DNA from: Eubacteriales bacterium
GTDB lineage: Bacteria; Bacillota; Clostridia; Christensenellales; CAG-138
Direction: 5' to 3'
Length of the DNA: 64,000 nt
NCBI GenBank assembly: GCA_034933205.1
Contig: JAYFNY010000052.1
Coordinates: 1,391-65,390 of the forward strand
Part shown: positions 47,780 through 56,603 of the stretch, one piece after another
Numbering within the stretch: the stretch's first letter is position 1
How the letters are laid out: the number at the start of each line of letters is the position of its first letter
Made by a program: the position numbers and the translations under genes
Notes under the pieces: model-generated
The model's database searches: none
The model's input: only the letters and a program-made list of their open reading frames with translations
Told to the model about the DNA's origin: nothing

Positions 47780-48421
47780 TCATACCGGCTCGCACTCGTC
47801 CTGCGCCTGTTCCACACGCACCGAAATCCGCTTCGCATCTTCATAAATCTGTCCGATTCGCTGAAGCAACTCCTCTTTCCCAATCGATTCCTCCGAAGAA
47901 AACGGTACGGCGTACGGTGGTGCGCCCAGCAACTTTGCCGCCCGGTTCGCCGCGGCGGAACGCTGCGAGCGGTTCCGCTGATCGGCTTTGGTTGCCACTA
48001 CCGTGTAGGGAATGCCGGAGTAGAGCGTCCAGGCAAACATCTGTCGATCTTCCGCGGAAGGTTCATGCCGGATATCGATTAGCAAAAACAGATGCTTCGG
48101 CCTTCCGCTGCTAAGGTAGTCCTCCATCAGTTCCCCCCAGCCGCGCTGCTCCGCTTTGCTGGTCTTTGCAAAACCATAACCGGGCAGATCGACGAAATAG
48201 AATTCCTTGTTGAGAAGAAAATAGTTGATCAACCGCGTTTTCCCCGGCGTTTGCGAGGTCTTCGCCAGTTTTCGGTTCCCACAAAGCGTATTGATCAGAC
48301 TGCTTTTTCCTACGTTGCTTCTGCCGACGATCGCAATTTCGCATGGAAGCGGGGCAGGGTATTCCTGGCCCTGCCCCACGCTTGTAAGAAACTCCGCCTG
48401 CTTAATGACGAACTGCTTCAT
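47780..48421 (-). CDS. engB: Ribosome-biogenesis GTPase EngB/YsxC
   Basis: G1 GRSNVGKSSLIN, G3 DLPGYG, G4 TKAD. Immediately downstream of lon, as in Bacillus lonA-ysxC. Confidence 0.92.
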   Translation of the reverse strand: MKQFVIKQAEFLTSVGQGQEYPAPLPCEIAIVGRSNVGKSSLINTLCGNRKLAKTSQTPGKTRLINYFLLNKEFYFVDLPGYGFAKTSKAEQRGWGELMEDYLSSGRPKHLFLLIDIRHEPSAEDRQMFAWTLYSGIPYTVVATKADQRNRSQRSAAANRAAKLLGAPPYAVPFSSEESIGKEELLQRIGQIYEDAKRISVRVEQAQDECEPV

Positions 48422-50777
48422 GCGTCATATCCAATCCGGGCAGACTCAGCCTCGGTTCATTTGTATGCGGGTGCATGGTGAGGGCTACGTTCAATACGTC
48501 GTCCACTGTTTCCGCATAATCGATCTTTAGCGCACCCTTGATATCCGCCGGCACATCGTAAAGATCCTCGCGATTCGCTTTCGGAACCACCACGCGATCC
48601 ACTCCTGCGCGCACGGCGGCCAGCAGTTTTTCCCGCAGCCCGCCAATCGGCAGAACGCGGCCGCGAAGCGTCACTTCACCCGTCATGGCAACCGAGCTTT
48701 TCACCGGGATTCCCGTCAGAGCGGAAACCAGCGCCGTGGCCATTGCAACCCCAGCGGACGGGCCGTCCTTCGGGACGGCGCCCTCGGGCACGTGAATATG
48801 TACGTCCAGTGTTTCAAGGAAGCTTGGATCAATACCAAATCGCGTCGTATTGGCGCGCACATACGTCATCGCCGCCTTTGCGGACTCCTGCATGACGTCG
48901 CCGAGCTGGCCGGTGAGTTGAAGCACGCCTTTTCCGGGCACCGCTGCAGATTCCACCTCCAGCGTCTCGCCGCCAACGCTTGTCCAGGCCAGCCCCGTCA
49001 CCACGCCGACAGTATCCGGACGGAGCGGTTCGGTCTTTTTAAATTTCTGCGGCCCAAGCCACTCGGTAATCCGCGCATCGGTCAGCGTAATGCGCGTCTT
49101 CCCTTCGGCTAATTCGCAGGCCGCCTTCCGGCATACGCTTGCGAGAACCCGTTCGAGTTCACGGACGCCGGCTTCGCGGGTGTAACCGCCAATCAACGTA
49201 CCAATCGCCGCATCCGAAACGCGCAGATTGCTCTTTTTCAACCCGTGCTTCTCCAATTGCTTCGGTAAAAGATGGCACCGCGCGATTTCGACCTTTTCAT
49301 CAAAAAGATAACTTGGAACTTCGATCAGCTCCATCCGGTCGAGTAGCGGACGGGGGATCGACCCCGCATCGTTTGCCGTCGTAATCATCATCGCATGCGA
49401 AAGATCGTACGGCAGTTCGAGAAAATGGTCGACGAACGCAAAATTCTGCGCTCCGTCCAATACCTCGAGCATCGCGCTGGAGGGATCTCCGCGCATGTCG
49501 TTTCCGAGTTTGTCGATTTCGTCAAACAGCAGAACAGGGTTGATCGATCCCGCTTTGCGCATCGCTTCGACGACACGGCCCGGCTGCGCGCCAATGTAGG
49601 TGCGCCGGTGCCCGCGAACCTCCGCTTCGTCGTGAACGCCGCCGAGGCTCATCCTTACAAAGTTGCGTCCCATCGCTTCTGCAATACCGCGAACGATCGA
49701 TGTTTTCCCAACGCCCGGAGGGCCGACAAGGCAGAGAATCTGCCCCTGCGGGTTATTGGTCAGGCGCTGTACGGCCAGCGTTTCAATGATACGTGTCTTA
49801 ACCTTATCCATGCCGGAATGGTCGCGATCCAGCACCTGCCGTGCATGAACGAGGTCGAGATTATCCACCGTTTCCTCGGTCCAGGGTAAATCGAGGATCA
49901 GCTCGATATATGCCTGTGCCATAGGCGCTTCGTGGGAACCGTTCGGTAACCCTGCGAAACGATCAAGCTGCTTATTGAGCGCTTTTCGAACCTCCGGCGG
50001 AAGCGCTTTCTTTTCTGCCCGCGCACGATATTCCTCCAGAATATCGTCCTCGCCTTCGCCAAGCTCTTCCTGAACGGCTTTGAGCTGCTCGCGCAGAACA
50101 AATTCCTTCTGATTGCGCTCGACGGCGGCTTTGATCTTGCCGGCGATCCTGCGATCCACCTGCATGACCATCAGTTCGTTTTCGATGACCCCCAGCAAAC
50201 TTGACGCGCGGGCAACCAAATCCGCTTCTTCAATAAGCTTCTGCTTATCCTCGAGTTTACTGACCACATGCTGCGCAACCGCGTCCGTCAATTCCGATAG
50301 CGTTCCCTGAGCCAGCACCACGTCCTTCTGATCCTGCGTCAAGCGGTCCCGCTGATTGGCATGCTCGGTAAACCCTTCGCTTAGCCGACGGCGCAACGCT
50401 TCAACCGTATATTCGTCCGGCTCAACGTCTTCAATCACTTCCAACTGAGCGGTATAGTGCGGATTCTCCGATATCATGCCGATAATCCGGGCCCGGACGG
50501 CACCGGTCACCAGAAGATGTACCGTATCGTTTTGAATACGAAACACCTGCCGGATTCGGCAGATCGTACCGACCGTATATAAATCTTCCGGGGATACATC
50601 CACGATCTTGGCGTTTTTTTGCGCAACAAACAGAGCATAGCCTTCCTCCGAAAGCGCCTGTTCCATTGCGGAAAGCGTCTTTTTCCGCCCAATATCGCAA
50701 TGCATTACCTCGCCTGGCAAAACCGCGATTCCGCGCAGCGGAATTACAGGCAATGTGACGATTCCATGCAGATCCAT
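48402..50777 (-). CDS. lon: ATP-dependent Lon protease
   Basis: Start at MDLHGIVTLPVIPLRG, preceded by GGAGGTG plus 6 nt. Walker A GPPGVGKTS and catalytic-Ser motif PKDGPSAG. Confidence 0.95.
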   Translation of the reverse strand: MDLHGIVTLPVIPLRGIAVLPGEVMHCDIGRKKTLSAMEQALSEEGYALFVAQKNAKIVDVSPEDLYTVGTICRIRQVFRIQNDTVHLLVTGAVRARIIGMISENPHYTAQLEVIEDVEPDEYTVEALRRRLSEGFTEHANQRDRLTQDQKDVVLAQGTLSELTDAVAQHVVSKLEDKQKLIEEADLVARASSLLGVIENELMVMQVDRRIAGKIKAAVERNQKEFVLREQLKAVQEELGEGEDDILEEYRARAEKKALPPEVRKALNKQLDRFAGLPNGSHEAPMAQAYIELILDLPWTEETVDNLDLVHARQVLDRDHSGMDKVKTRIIETLAVQRLTNNPQGQILCLVGPPGVGKTSIVRGIAEAMGRNFVRMSLGGVHDEAEVRGHRRTYIGAQPGRVVEAMRKAGSINPVLLFDEIDKLGNDMRGDPSSAMLEVLDGAQNFAFVDHFLELPYDLSHAMMITTANDAGSIPRPLLDRMELIEVPSYLFDEKVEIARCHLLPKQLEKHGLKKSNLRVSDAAIGTLIGGYTREAGVRELERVLASVCRKAACELAEGKTRITLTDARITEWLGPQKFKKTEPLRPDTVGVVTGLAWTSVGGETLEVESAAVPGKGVLQLTGQLGDVMQESAKAAMTYVRANTTRFGIDPSFLETLDVHIHVPEGAVPKDGPSAGVAMATALVSALTGIPVKSSVAMTGEVTLRGRVLPIGGLREKLLAAVRAGVDRVVVPKANREDLYDVPADIKGALKIDYAETVDDVLNVALTMHPHTNEPRLSLPGLDMTHEAVRH

Positions 50778-50912
50778 TGTTTTCACCTCCATCAGGGATG
50801 TAAAACTTGACAAGCACCCCATGATTGTAGATTCAGTATAGCGGCTATCTATGGCCAATGCAAACACGCTTTACCGCATAATGTAACATCACGACTACGA
50901 GACTGTGAACTT

Positions 50913-50939
50913 TTAGCATCAATCCCCATAGAGTGCTAA
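50913..50939. promoter_or_regulatory. CIRCE-like inverted repeat (candidate HrcA operator) upstream of lon
   Basis: TTAGCATCA-N9-GAGTGCTAA versus the consensus TTAGCACTC-N9-GAGTGCTAA (15/18; the right arm is perfect). On the minus strand a TAAAAT -10-like hexamer lies 8 nt upstream. A second promoter-like TTGCAT-N17-TATACT is at 50863-50835. Confidence 0.5.
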
Positions 50940-50999
50940 CAACGAATATTTTACGTTGTTTTTCCCGGTCTTGCCACCCCCAAACGAGCGATTTTCGTG

Positions 51000-51031
51000 A
51001 AAAAATCAGCGACCTGTAAAAAGCAGGCCGC
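51000..51031 (-). terminator. Rho-independent terminator of the rubrerythrin gene
   Basis: Stem gcggcctg / caggtcgc (one mismatch). On the minus strand it is followed by TGATTTTTT. Confidence 0.6.
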
Positions 51032-51067
51032 CGATATAAGTTCTCGCAGAATCGTATGGATTAACGA

Positions 51068-51607
51068 TTAATAATTAGCCTTCCGCACTTCAAAGAACGC
51101 CTTAGGGTGTGCGCAGACTGGGCAGATTTCCGGCGCCTTGGTGCCTTCATAGAGATAACCGCAATTGCGGCACTGCCAAACGACCTTTCCATCCTTTGCA
51201 AAGACAAGCGCATCCTTAATATTCTTTGCAAGCGTGTTGTAGCGCTCTTCGTGGGTCTTTTCAATTGCGGCAACCGCTGCAAACTGATAGGAGAGTTTAT
51301 CAAAACCTTCGGCTTTCGCTTCTTCCGACATGCGCTTGTACATATCGGTCCACTCGTAATGCTCGCCTTCGGCAGCCATTTTCAGCGCTTCCTCTAAACT
51401 CGGCATTTCCCCGCCATGCAACGCTTTAAACCAAAGCTTTGCATGCTCTTTCTCATTCTCAGCGGTTTCCAGAAAAATCTCGGAAATTTGCTCATACCCC
51501 GCTTTTTTTGCTACCGACGCAAAATACGTGTACTTGTTACGCGCCTGCGATTCGCCGGCAAATGCATCCTGTAAATTCTTTTCCGTTTTACTGCCTTTGA
51601 GTTCCAT
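51068..51607 (-). CDS. rbr: Rubrerythrin
   Basis: Start at MELKGSKTEKNL, preceded by AGGAGG plus 9 nt. Ferritin-like di-iron motifs (GESQARNKY, ENEKEHA) and a C-terminal rubredoxin CRNCG...CPVC. Confidence 0.93.
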   Translation of the reverse strand: MELKGSKTEKNLQDAFAGESQARNKYTYFASVAKKAGYEQISEIFLETAENEKEHAKLWFKALHGGEMPSLEEALKMAAEGEHYEWTDMYKRMSEEAKAEGFDKLSYQFAAVAAIEKTHEERYNTLAKNIKDALVFAKDGKVVWQCRNCGYLYEGTKAPEICPVCAHPKAFFEVRKANY

Positions 51608-51685
51608 AAAAATCATCCTCCTGTTCTGATATCGGTGTTATTACAACGAGAAGTTTCGGCTCACCAGGACCGATCTCATGAAAAC

Positions 51686-52081
51686 TTATCCAATGCTCTC
51701 TTTGGCATCCTGCCGGCAATGTTTGCATACGCCGCGCAAAACCACGTCATAAGAGCGCAATACAAAATCTGTTTCTTCCGCAATCGCCTGTTCGAGCGCC
51801 TGAAACGAAGGCAAGTGCACGTCGGCAACGCTTCCGCAGACCTCGCAGACGATGTGCGAATGCGACTCCTTCGTTTTATCAAACCGACAGCTGCCATCCG
51901 CGAGCGGGATCTTTTTCAGACGACCCGCATCCGCAAGCTGATTTAGATTGCGATAAACCGTCCCAAGGCTGAGCCTTGGCATATCCGCTTTAAGCTGCTC
52001 ATAGACCATATTCGCGGTGGGATGCTCGCTGCTTTCCACGACCGTTCGGAAGATACGCTCCCGTTGATGCGAATACCGCAT
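51686..52081 (-). CDS. perR: Fur-family peroxide-responsive repressor (PerR-like)
   Basis: 131 aa. Winged helix (LSLGTVYRNLNQL), HSHIVCEVCG and CKHC metal sites. Directly upstream of rubrerythrin. Confidence 0.85.
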   Translation of the reverse strand: MRYSHQRERIFRTVVESSEHPTANMVYEQLKADMPRLSLGTVYRNLNQLADAGRLKKIPLADGSCRFDKTKESHSHIVCEVCGSVADVHLPSFQALEQAIAEETDFVLRSYDVVLRGVCKHCRQDAKESIG

Positions 52082-52142
52082 GTGCTTTTTGCACCTCTCT
52101 TTTCATAAGATCGGGCGACGGGCGGCATGGATACTGCTTGCT

Positions 52143-52161
52143 AGTAACAATTACTGTTACT
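52143..52161. promoter_or_regulatory. Perfect 7-5-7 inverted repeat, candidate Fur/PerR-type operator overlapping the perR promoter
   Basis: AGTAACA-attac-TGTTACT. On the minus strand TTGACG-N17-TAGTAT lies immediately upstream, so the repeat covers the predicted transcription start. Confidence 0.5.
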
Positions 52162-52299
52162 ATACTATTCCGTCCGACGCTTTTCGTCAAGTAGGATCGA
52201 TGAATTTTATGCGATTATTTTACCACGTCATGCGCGCCTGCGCACCGTAAACTGAAGGAATTCCTTACTATTTCACAATATACCGGAAAAGAAGATCTC

Positions 52300-52884
52300 T
52301 TAATGCTCGATTGTAAGGTCGTTCCTGTCCTTTTGAATGAAACTTCGCTCAAACAACTTGGAAATGCGTTTATACAAAAGAAACGTAATGAGCGAATTTC
52401 CCACAGTTTTGATGGCGTTGAACGGAATAATCGCCGTTGGAAGCAGCGTTAACACCGTTTCCTTGGGAACGCCAAAAAAGTGCACCGTAAATATCAGGTT
52501 CATGGGAACCATCATCAGCGTCTGAAGGACACAGCCGACCGCCATCCCGATCAGTGCGCCGACGCGTGTTCTTCTGCTGCGATAGATCAGCCCGGCAGCA
52601 ATCACATAGGAGCCGGTCGCGCAGAAATGCATCACCGCTCCAACCCAAAGGCTCTGCGGGGAAACCAGCAGCCATTGCAGCACGCTGACCGTAGCGGTTA
52701 ACGCCAGCCCCCACCATGGCCCATAGAGGAAGGTGCCAATCAGAATCGGCACATCCGCCATATCGTATTCCAGAAAACTCGCAGCGGGAAAAATCGGGAA
52801 ATGAATCGCATATACCAGAATGATGGAAAGCGCGGTCAGCATGCCGAGTTTAACAAGACGGTCCACATTGGTTCTGAATTTCAT
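52300..52884 (-). CDS. ribU: ECF-transporter S component, riboflavin-type (RibU-like)
   Basis: Start at MKFRTNVDRLVKLGMLTALSIILV. 194 aa with 5-6 TM helices. Preceded by an FMN riboswitch. Confidence 0.8.
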   Translation of the reverse strand: MKFRTNVDRLVKLGMLTALSIILVYAIHFPIFPAASFLEYDMADVPILIGTFLYGPWWGLALTATVSVLQWLLVSPQSLWVGAVMHFCATGSYVIAAGLIYRSRRTRVGALIGMAVGCVLQTLMMVPMNLIFTVHFFGVPKETVLTLLPTAIIPFNAIKTVGNSLITFLLYKRISKLFERSFIQKDRNDLTIEH

Positions 52885-52905
52885 AACAGGTTCTCCTTCC
52901 ATCTG

Positions 52906-52934
52906 AAAAACCCCGCGAATTTACATTCACGGGG
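52906..52934 (-). terminator. Expression-platform terminator of the FMN riboswitch
   Basis: Minus-strand RNA CCCCGUGAAU-guaa-AUUCGCGGGG followed by UUUUU, about 20 nt before the ribU RBS. Confidence 0.75.
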
Positions 52935-52965
52935 CGCTTGCCATGTCGTTTATCAAAATGGCATA

Positions 52966-53125
52966 TCGCTTCTTCCATCCGGACTTCCTGCGAACGACCG
53001 GTTCGCAGCTTACCGTCGGCAACGGATTCTTACCGTTTCGACCGCCAATGCGGCTCGCGGGCTTATCGGCATGTCTGCCGCATCACCGCCGGTGGGGAAT
53101 TGCACCCCGCCCCGAAGCTGATTCT
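52966..53125 (-). promoter_or_regulatory. FMN riboswitch (RFN element) aptamer
   Basis: The minus strand reads CTTCGGGGCGGGGTGCAATTCCCCACCGGCGGT...AGCCCGCGAGCC...GGTCGAAACGG...GCCGACGGTAAGC...AGTCCGGATGGAAGAAG. This matches the conserved RFN core I recall from the B. subtilis ribD leader (CTTCGGGGCAGGGTGAAATTCCCGACCGGCGGT...AGCCCG...GCCGACAGT..AGTCTGGATGGGAGAAG). Confidence 0.85.
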
Positions 53126-53192
53126 TTTCTCATAGCGTTTTATCACTATGCGCGGCTATCGTAACACTCCGGCAGGATTCCTGCAAGCGTTT

Positions 53193-56100
53193 TTACGAAA
53201 TTTCCGGGACTTTTCCGGGCGAAACCGCCACAACCGAACGATAGCTGAACAATACGACAAGCCTCTTTTCAACTTTTACGCCGGTAATTGCTTCCAGCGC
53301 CAGCGCATAAAGATCCAATTGCACGGCGTGCCGGTCCGCCACCGCCTGGGCAGATTCCCCGGGTCGAATCCGATCCGTTTTATAATCCACAATCGTCCAC
53401 GCGCCGTTTTCAAGGAAGCACACGTCGATAACCCCCTGGAGCAAAACCGTTTCATCCGCAGGAATCTGGTAGAGCGCCTGCGCGCTGATCGGGTAGGAGA
53501 ACGGCAATTCGCGTTCAAGTCGCGCGGCAGACGACATCCGCCGGTAAAGATCTCCGTTTGTAAACCATGCGACGGCATCCCGGTCGACGGCGCGCTCCTG
53601 CTCCAGCGAAATACACCCGTTTTCCCGAAGATCGGATAAATAGGCATCGACGGCACCCCCCTCCATCGCGTGCCCCAGCGGCAGATACTGCATCGCAGCG
53701 TGCGTAGCCGTTCCGGTAAAAACAGCGCTCGTTTCCTCGCCGAGAAACGCCGGAACACGGAATTCCGGCGGCGCGTCTTCCGGTTTTCCAATTCTGCTTA
53801 CGGCGTCCTTTGCACGCAGCATCGCCGCCTGCACGTGAGCATACGTCCAGCTCAGTCTTTCATCAATCGCCGCCAGCACCACCGGGTCAAACGGCGGAAG
53901 ACGTTCTGGAATTTCCGGCTGCGATCCCGCAAGGAACGCCTCGCGTTCATGGATTTGCGTCTCCAGCGCCTTATGCGTACCCATAATCAGCCATTGAGCG
54001 GGACAGGAACTGCGCAACACCTGCCATACGAAAGGTTTCCGCGGTGCGAGCGCGTATTTTTCCCCGGGAGCATTCAGGCAGGCCGTTAGAATCAGTTTCC
54101 GTTTTGCACGCGTCATCGCGACATACAGAATTCGCATCTCCTCCGCCAGCTGCTCGCGACGGACTCTCTGCGAAAGAACAACGCGCGCAAGGGTATCCCG
54201 TTTCACCCGGTAATTCCCCTCATTGTCAATCACGCGAAGGGCGATTCCGAATCGGGCATGCAATTGGAGGCTGCTGTTGACGTCCGTCTGGTTGAACCTC
54301 TTTCCTAGCCCCGCAACAAATACGACGGGAAACTCCAGCCCCTTTGATTTATGAATCGTTAAAATGCGCACCACGTCTGCGGTCACGGTCTGTGCCGCAC
54401 CCACAGACGCGCTGTTTCTCGCCAGCTCGATATAACGAAGAAAATTCCACACGCCTCGTCTTCCGGACGACTCGTACGCATGCGCCTTTTCAAGCAAGGC
54501 GTTTAAATTCGCCTGTCGCTGTGCGCCGCCATAACCGGCACCCATTTCCTCATAAAATCCCGTCTCGTCCAGCAGTTTGCCTAAAAGCGCTTCCACAGTG
54601 TGAATCCAGCTTTCCGCGCGGTAACGATCCAGTTTCAGTAAAAAGCGATTTGCCCGCGATCCCAACGCATCGATTTTCGCTTCTGCACAAGCGGCGAACG
54701 CTTCAAAGAAAGAACCTTCCGGATGCAGCGCGCGGATATTTGCCAATTCTTCATAGGTAAACCCGCCGATGGACGAGCAGAGCACCGAAAGCAGCGCAAC
54801 ATCCTGCCTTCGATTGTCGATTATAGAAAGCAGATTCTTAAAGATCTGAACTTCGATCGCGTCAAAGTAACCGCCGCTGGACTGCGCATAGCAGGGAATC
54901 CCCTGTTGAGACAGCGTTTGCGATACGACTTGCGCATCCGTACCGGCACGCAGCAGCACTGCAAAATCCGCATATCGGTACGCGCGCGCTCCACCCGCAG
55001 ACGAATCAAAGCAGGTTTCGCCCTGCATTATTTCATGAATCCGATGGGCGATCAGCCGCGCCTCCACTTCAAGATCTGCCGCGTCTTCCAGTGGATCCTC
55101 CTCGGCATCACCCGCGTTTTCCTCTCGGTTACGACAGATCAGATGCAACTCTGCCGTTCCCTCCGGCTGATCGACGCCAGGCAATAGGCGTGCGCGTGCG
55201 TCATAGTCGATCCCGCCGGAAGCTTCGTTCAGAATCGCCTCAAACACTTCGTTGACCGCCGCCAGTACCTCTTTGGAGCTGCGAAAATTACTGGAAAGAT
55301 CGACGCGCGAACCCAGTTCGCCGGAAAAGGCGGAAAGCTTTTCCAGAAAAAGCCCCGGTTCCGCCTGCCGAAACCGGTAGATGGACTGTTTAACATCGCC
55401 CACAAAAAACAGATTGTCCCCGCGGCAGATTTGACCAAGAATCGCCTCCTGCACACGGTTGCTGTCCTGATATTCGTCCACGGCGATCCAGCGAAACTTT
55501 TCGCGATACTCCTTCGCGATCTCTTCCTGCCGCAGAGCCTCCAGCGTCAGATGCTCCAAATCGTCGTAATCCATAATATTGGACACGCGTTTCGCGTCGC
55601 GATAGGTCTGCTCGAACCGGCAAACGATCCTGGTCAGCGCACTGACTGCTTCGCCGGAACGGCGAAGCACATTCAGCGTTTCCTGCTTTTCACGGGCAAA
55701 TCGTTTCAACTGCTCTTTGACCAGGTCTTTTCCCGCCTGCCGAACGGCCTGCACCGGCTTTTTTTCCTCGTCCGCCGTTCCACGCGGAAACCGCATCACC
55801 GTGTATTCAATTCCCCTGAGTGCAGAACGATAAGAGTCGTAGTTCTTATGCAGCAGCAACGCCCGGTACCGCGAAAGATCGTCGTCCAACGCCGGAATGA
55901 CCGTCGCCCATTCAGGGGACAGCGAATCGCGCGCCGCAGTCAGCGGCTCCATCATGAGCGCGACCTCCTCCTGCGAAAAGGCCACTGCATCGTTTAAAAT
56001 TGCTTCGAGTGCAGCATCGTCCTCATACCGCCTCGCCGCAAGCGTCAGCCACCTTTCCGGGTCCGGCTCCGCGCGGGTATAACGGTAAGCCGCCATTACC

Positions 56101-56603
56101 GCATCCCAGACCGGTTGCTCTCCTCCGAACACGGAAAGCAAAACGCGGTAATCCGCATTTTCTTCGGTGGCAAGCATCGTTAAAAGCTCGTCCCGCACGG
56201 TCTCCATCAGAGCGGCGCTCTCCATTTCATCCGCCGTACGCGCGCGCGCCGGCAGGCCGACCGCGTGGTAATGCCGCCTGAGCACACGCGCGCAGAACGC
56301 GTGAATTGTGGAGATATAAGCGCCGTCGGCATTGCGCGCCTGCCTGCGTAAAAAACGAATCTGCGCCGGATTTTCCGCCTCCTCCGCAAGAACATTGAGC
56401 CGATTCGCTATCCGGCTTTTCATCTCCGCCGCGGCGGCACGCGTAAACGTCAGCACCAGCATTTCATCCATCGGCACGCCGCCCGCCACACGGGAAACAA
56501 TCCGCTCGGTTAAAACGGCGGTTTTACCGGCGCCTGCCGCGGCGGAAACGATTAAATTTCCTTCGGACGTGATCGCCGAAAGCTGTTCATCTGTCCAGCG
56601 CAT
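53193..56603 (-). CDS. addA: ATP-dependent helicase/nuclease AddA
   Basis: Start at MRWTDEQLSAI. UvrD-type Walker A AAAGAGKTAVL. C-terminal RecB-type nuclease motif (VIDVCF...IVDYKTD). Overlaps the addB 3' end by 17 nt. Confidence 0.93.
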   Translation of the reverse strand: MRWTDEQLSAITSEGNLIVSAAAGAGKTAVLTERIVSRVAGGVPMDEMLVLTFTRAAAAEMKSRIANRLNVLAEEAENPAQIRFLRRQARNADGAYISTIHAFCARVLRRHYHAVGLPARARTADEMESAALMETVRDELLTMLATEENADYRVLLSVFGGEQPVWDAVMAAYRYTRAEPDPERWLTLAARRYEDDAALEAILNDAVAFSQEEVALMMEPLTAARDSLSPEWATVIPALDDDLSRYRALLLHKNYDSYRSALRGIEYTVMRFPRGTADEEKKPVQAVRQAGKDLVKEQLKRFAREKQETLNVLRRSGEAVSALTRIVCRFEQTYRDAKRVSNIMDYDDLEHLTLEALRQEEIAKEYREKFRWIAVDEYQDSNRVQEAILGQICRGDNLFFVGDVKQSIYRFRQAEPGLFLEKLSAFSGELGSRVDLSSNFRSSKEVLAAVNEVFEAILNEASGGIDYDARARLLPGVDQPEGTAELHLICRNREENAGDAEEDPLEDAADLEVEARLIAHRIHEIMQGETCFDSSAGGARAYRYADFAVLLRAGTDAQVVSQTLSQQGIPCYAQSSGGYFDAIEVQIFKNLLSIIDNRRQDVALLSVLCSSIGGFTYEELANIRALHPEGSFFEAFAACAEAKIDALGSRANRFLLKLDRYRAESWIHTVEALLGKLLDETGFYEEMGAGYGGAQRQANLNALLEKAHAYESSGRRGVWNFLRYIELARNSASVGAAQTVTADVVRILTIHKSKGLEFPVVFVAGLGKRFNQTDVNSSLQLHARFGIALRVIDNEGNYRVKRDTLARVVLSQRVRREQLAEEMRILYVAMTRAKRKLILTACLNAPGEKYALAPRKPFVWQVLRSSCPAQWLIMGTHKALETQIHEREAFLAGSQPEIPERLPPFDPVVLAAIDERLSWTYAHVQAAMLRAKDAVSRIGKPEDAPPEFRVPAFLGEETSAVFTGTATHAAMQYLPLGHAMEGGAVDAYLSDLRENGCISLEQERAVDRDAVAWFTNGDLYRRMSSAARLERELPFSYPISAQALYQIPADETVLLQGVIDVCFLENGAWTIVDYKTDRIRPGESAQAVADRHAVQLDLYALALEAITGVKVEKRLVVLFSYRSVVAVSPGKVPEIS

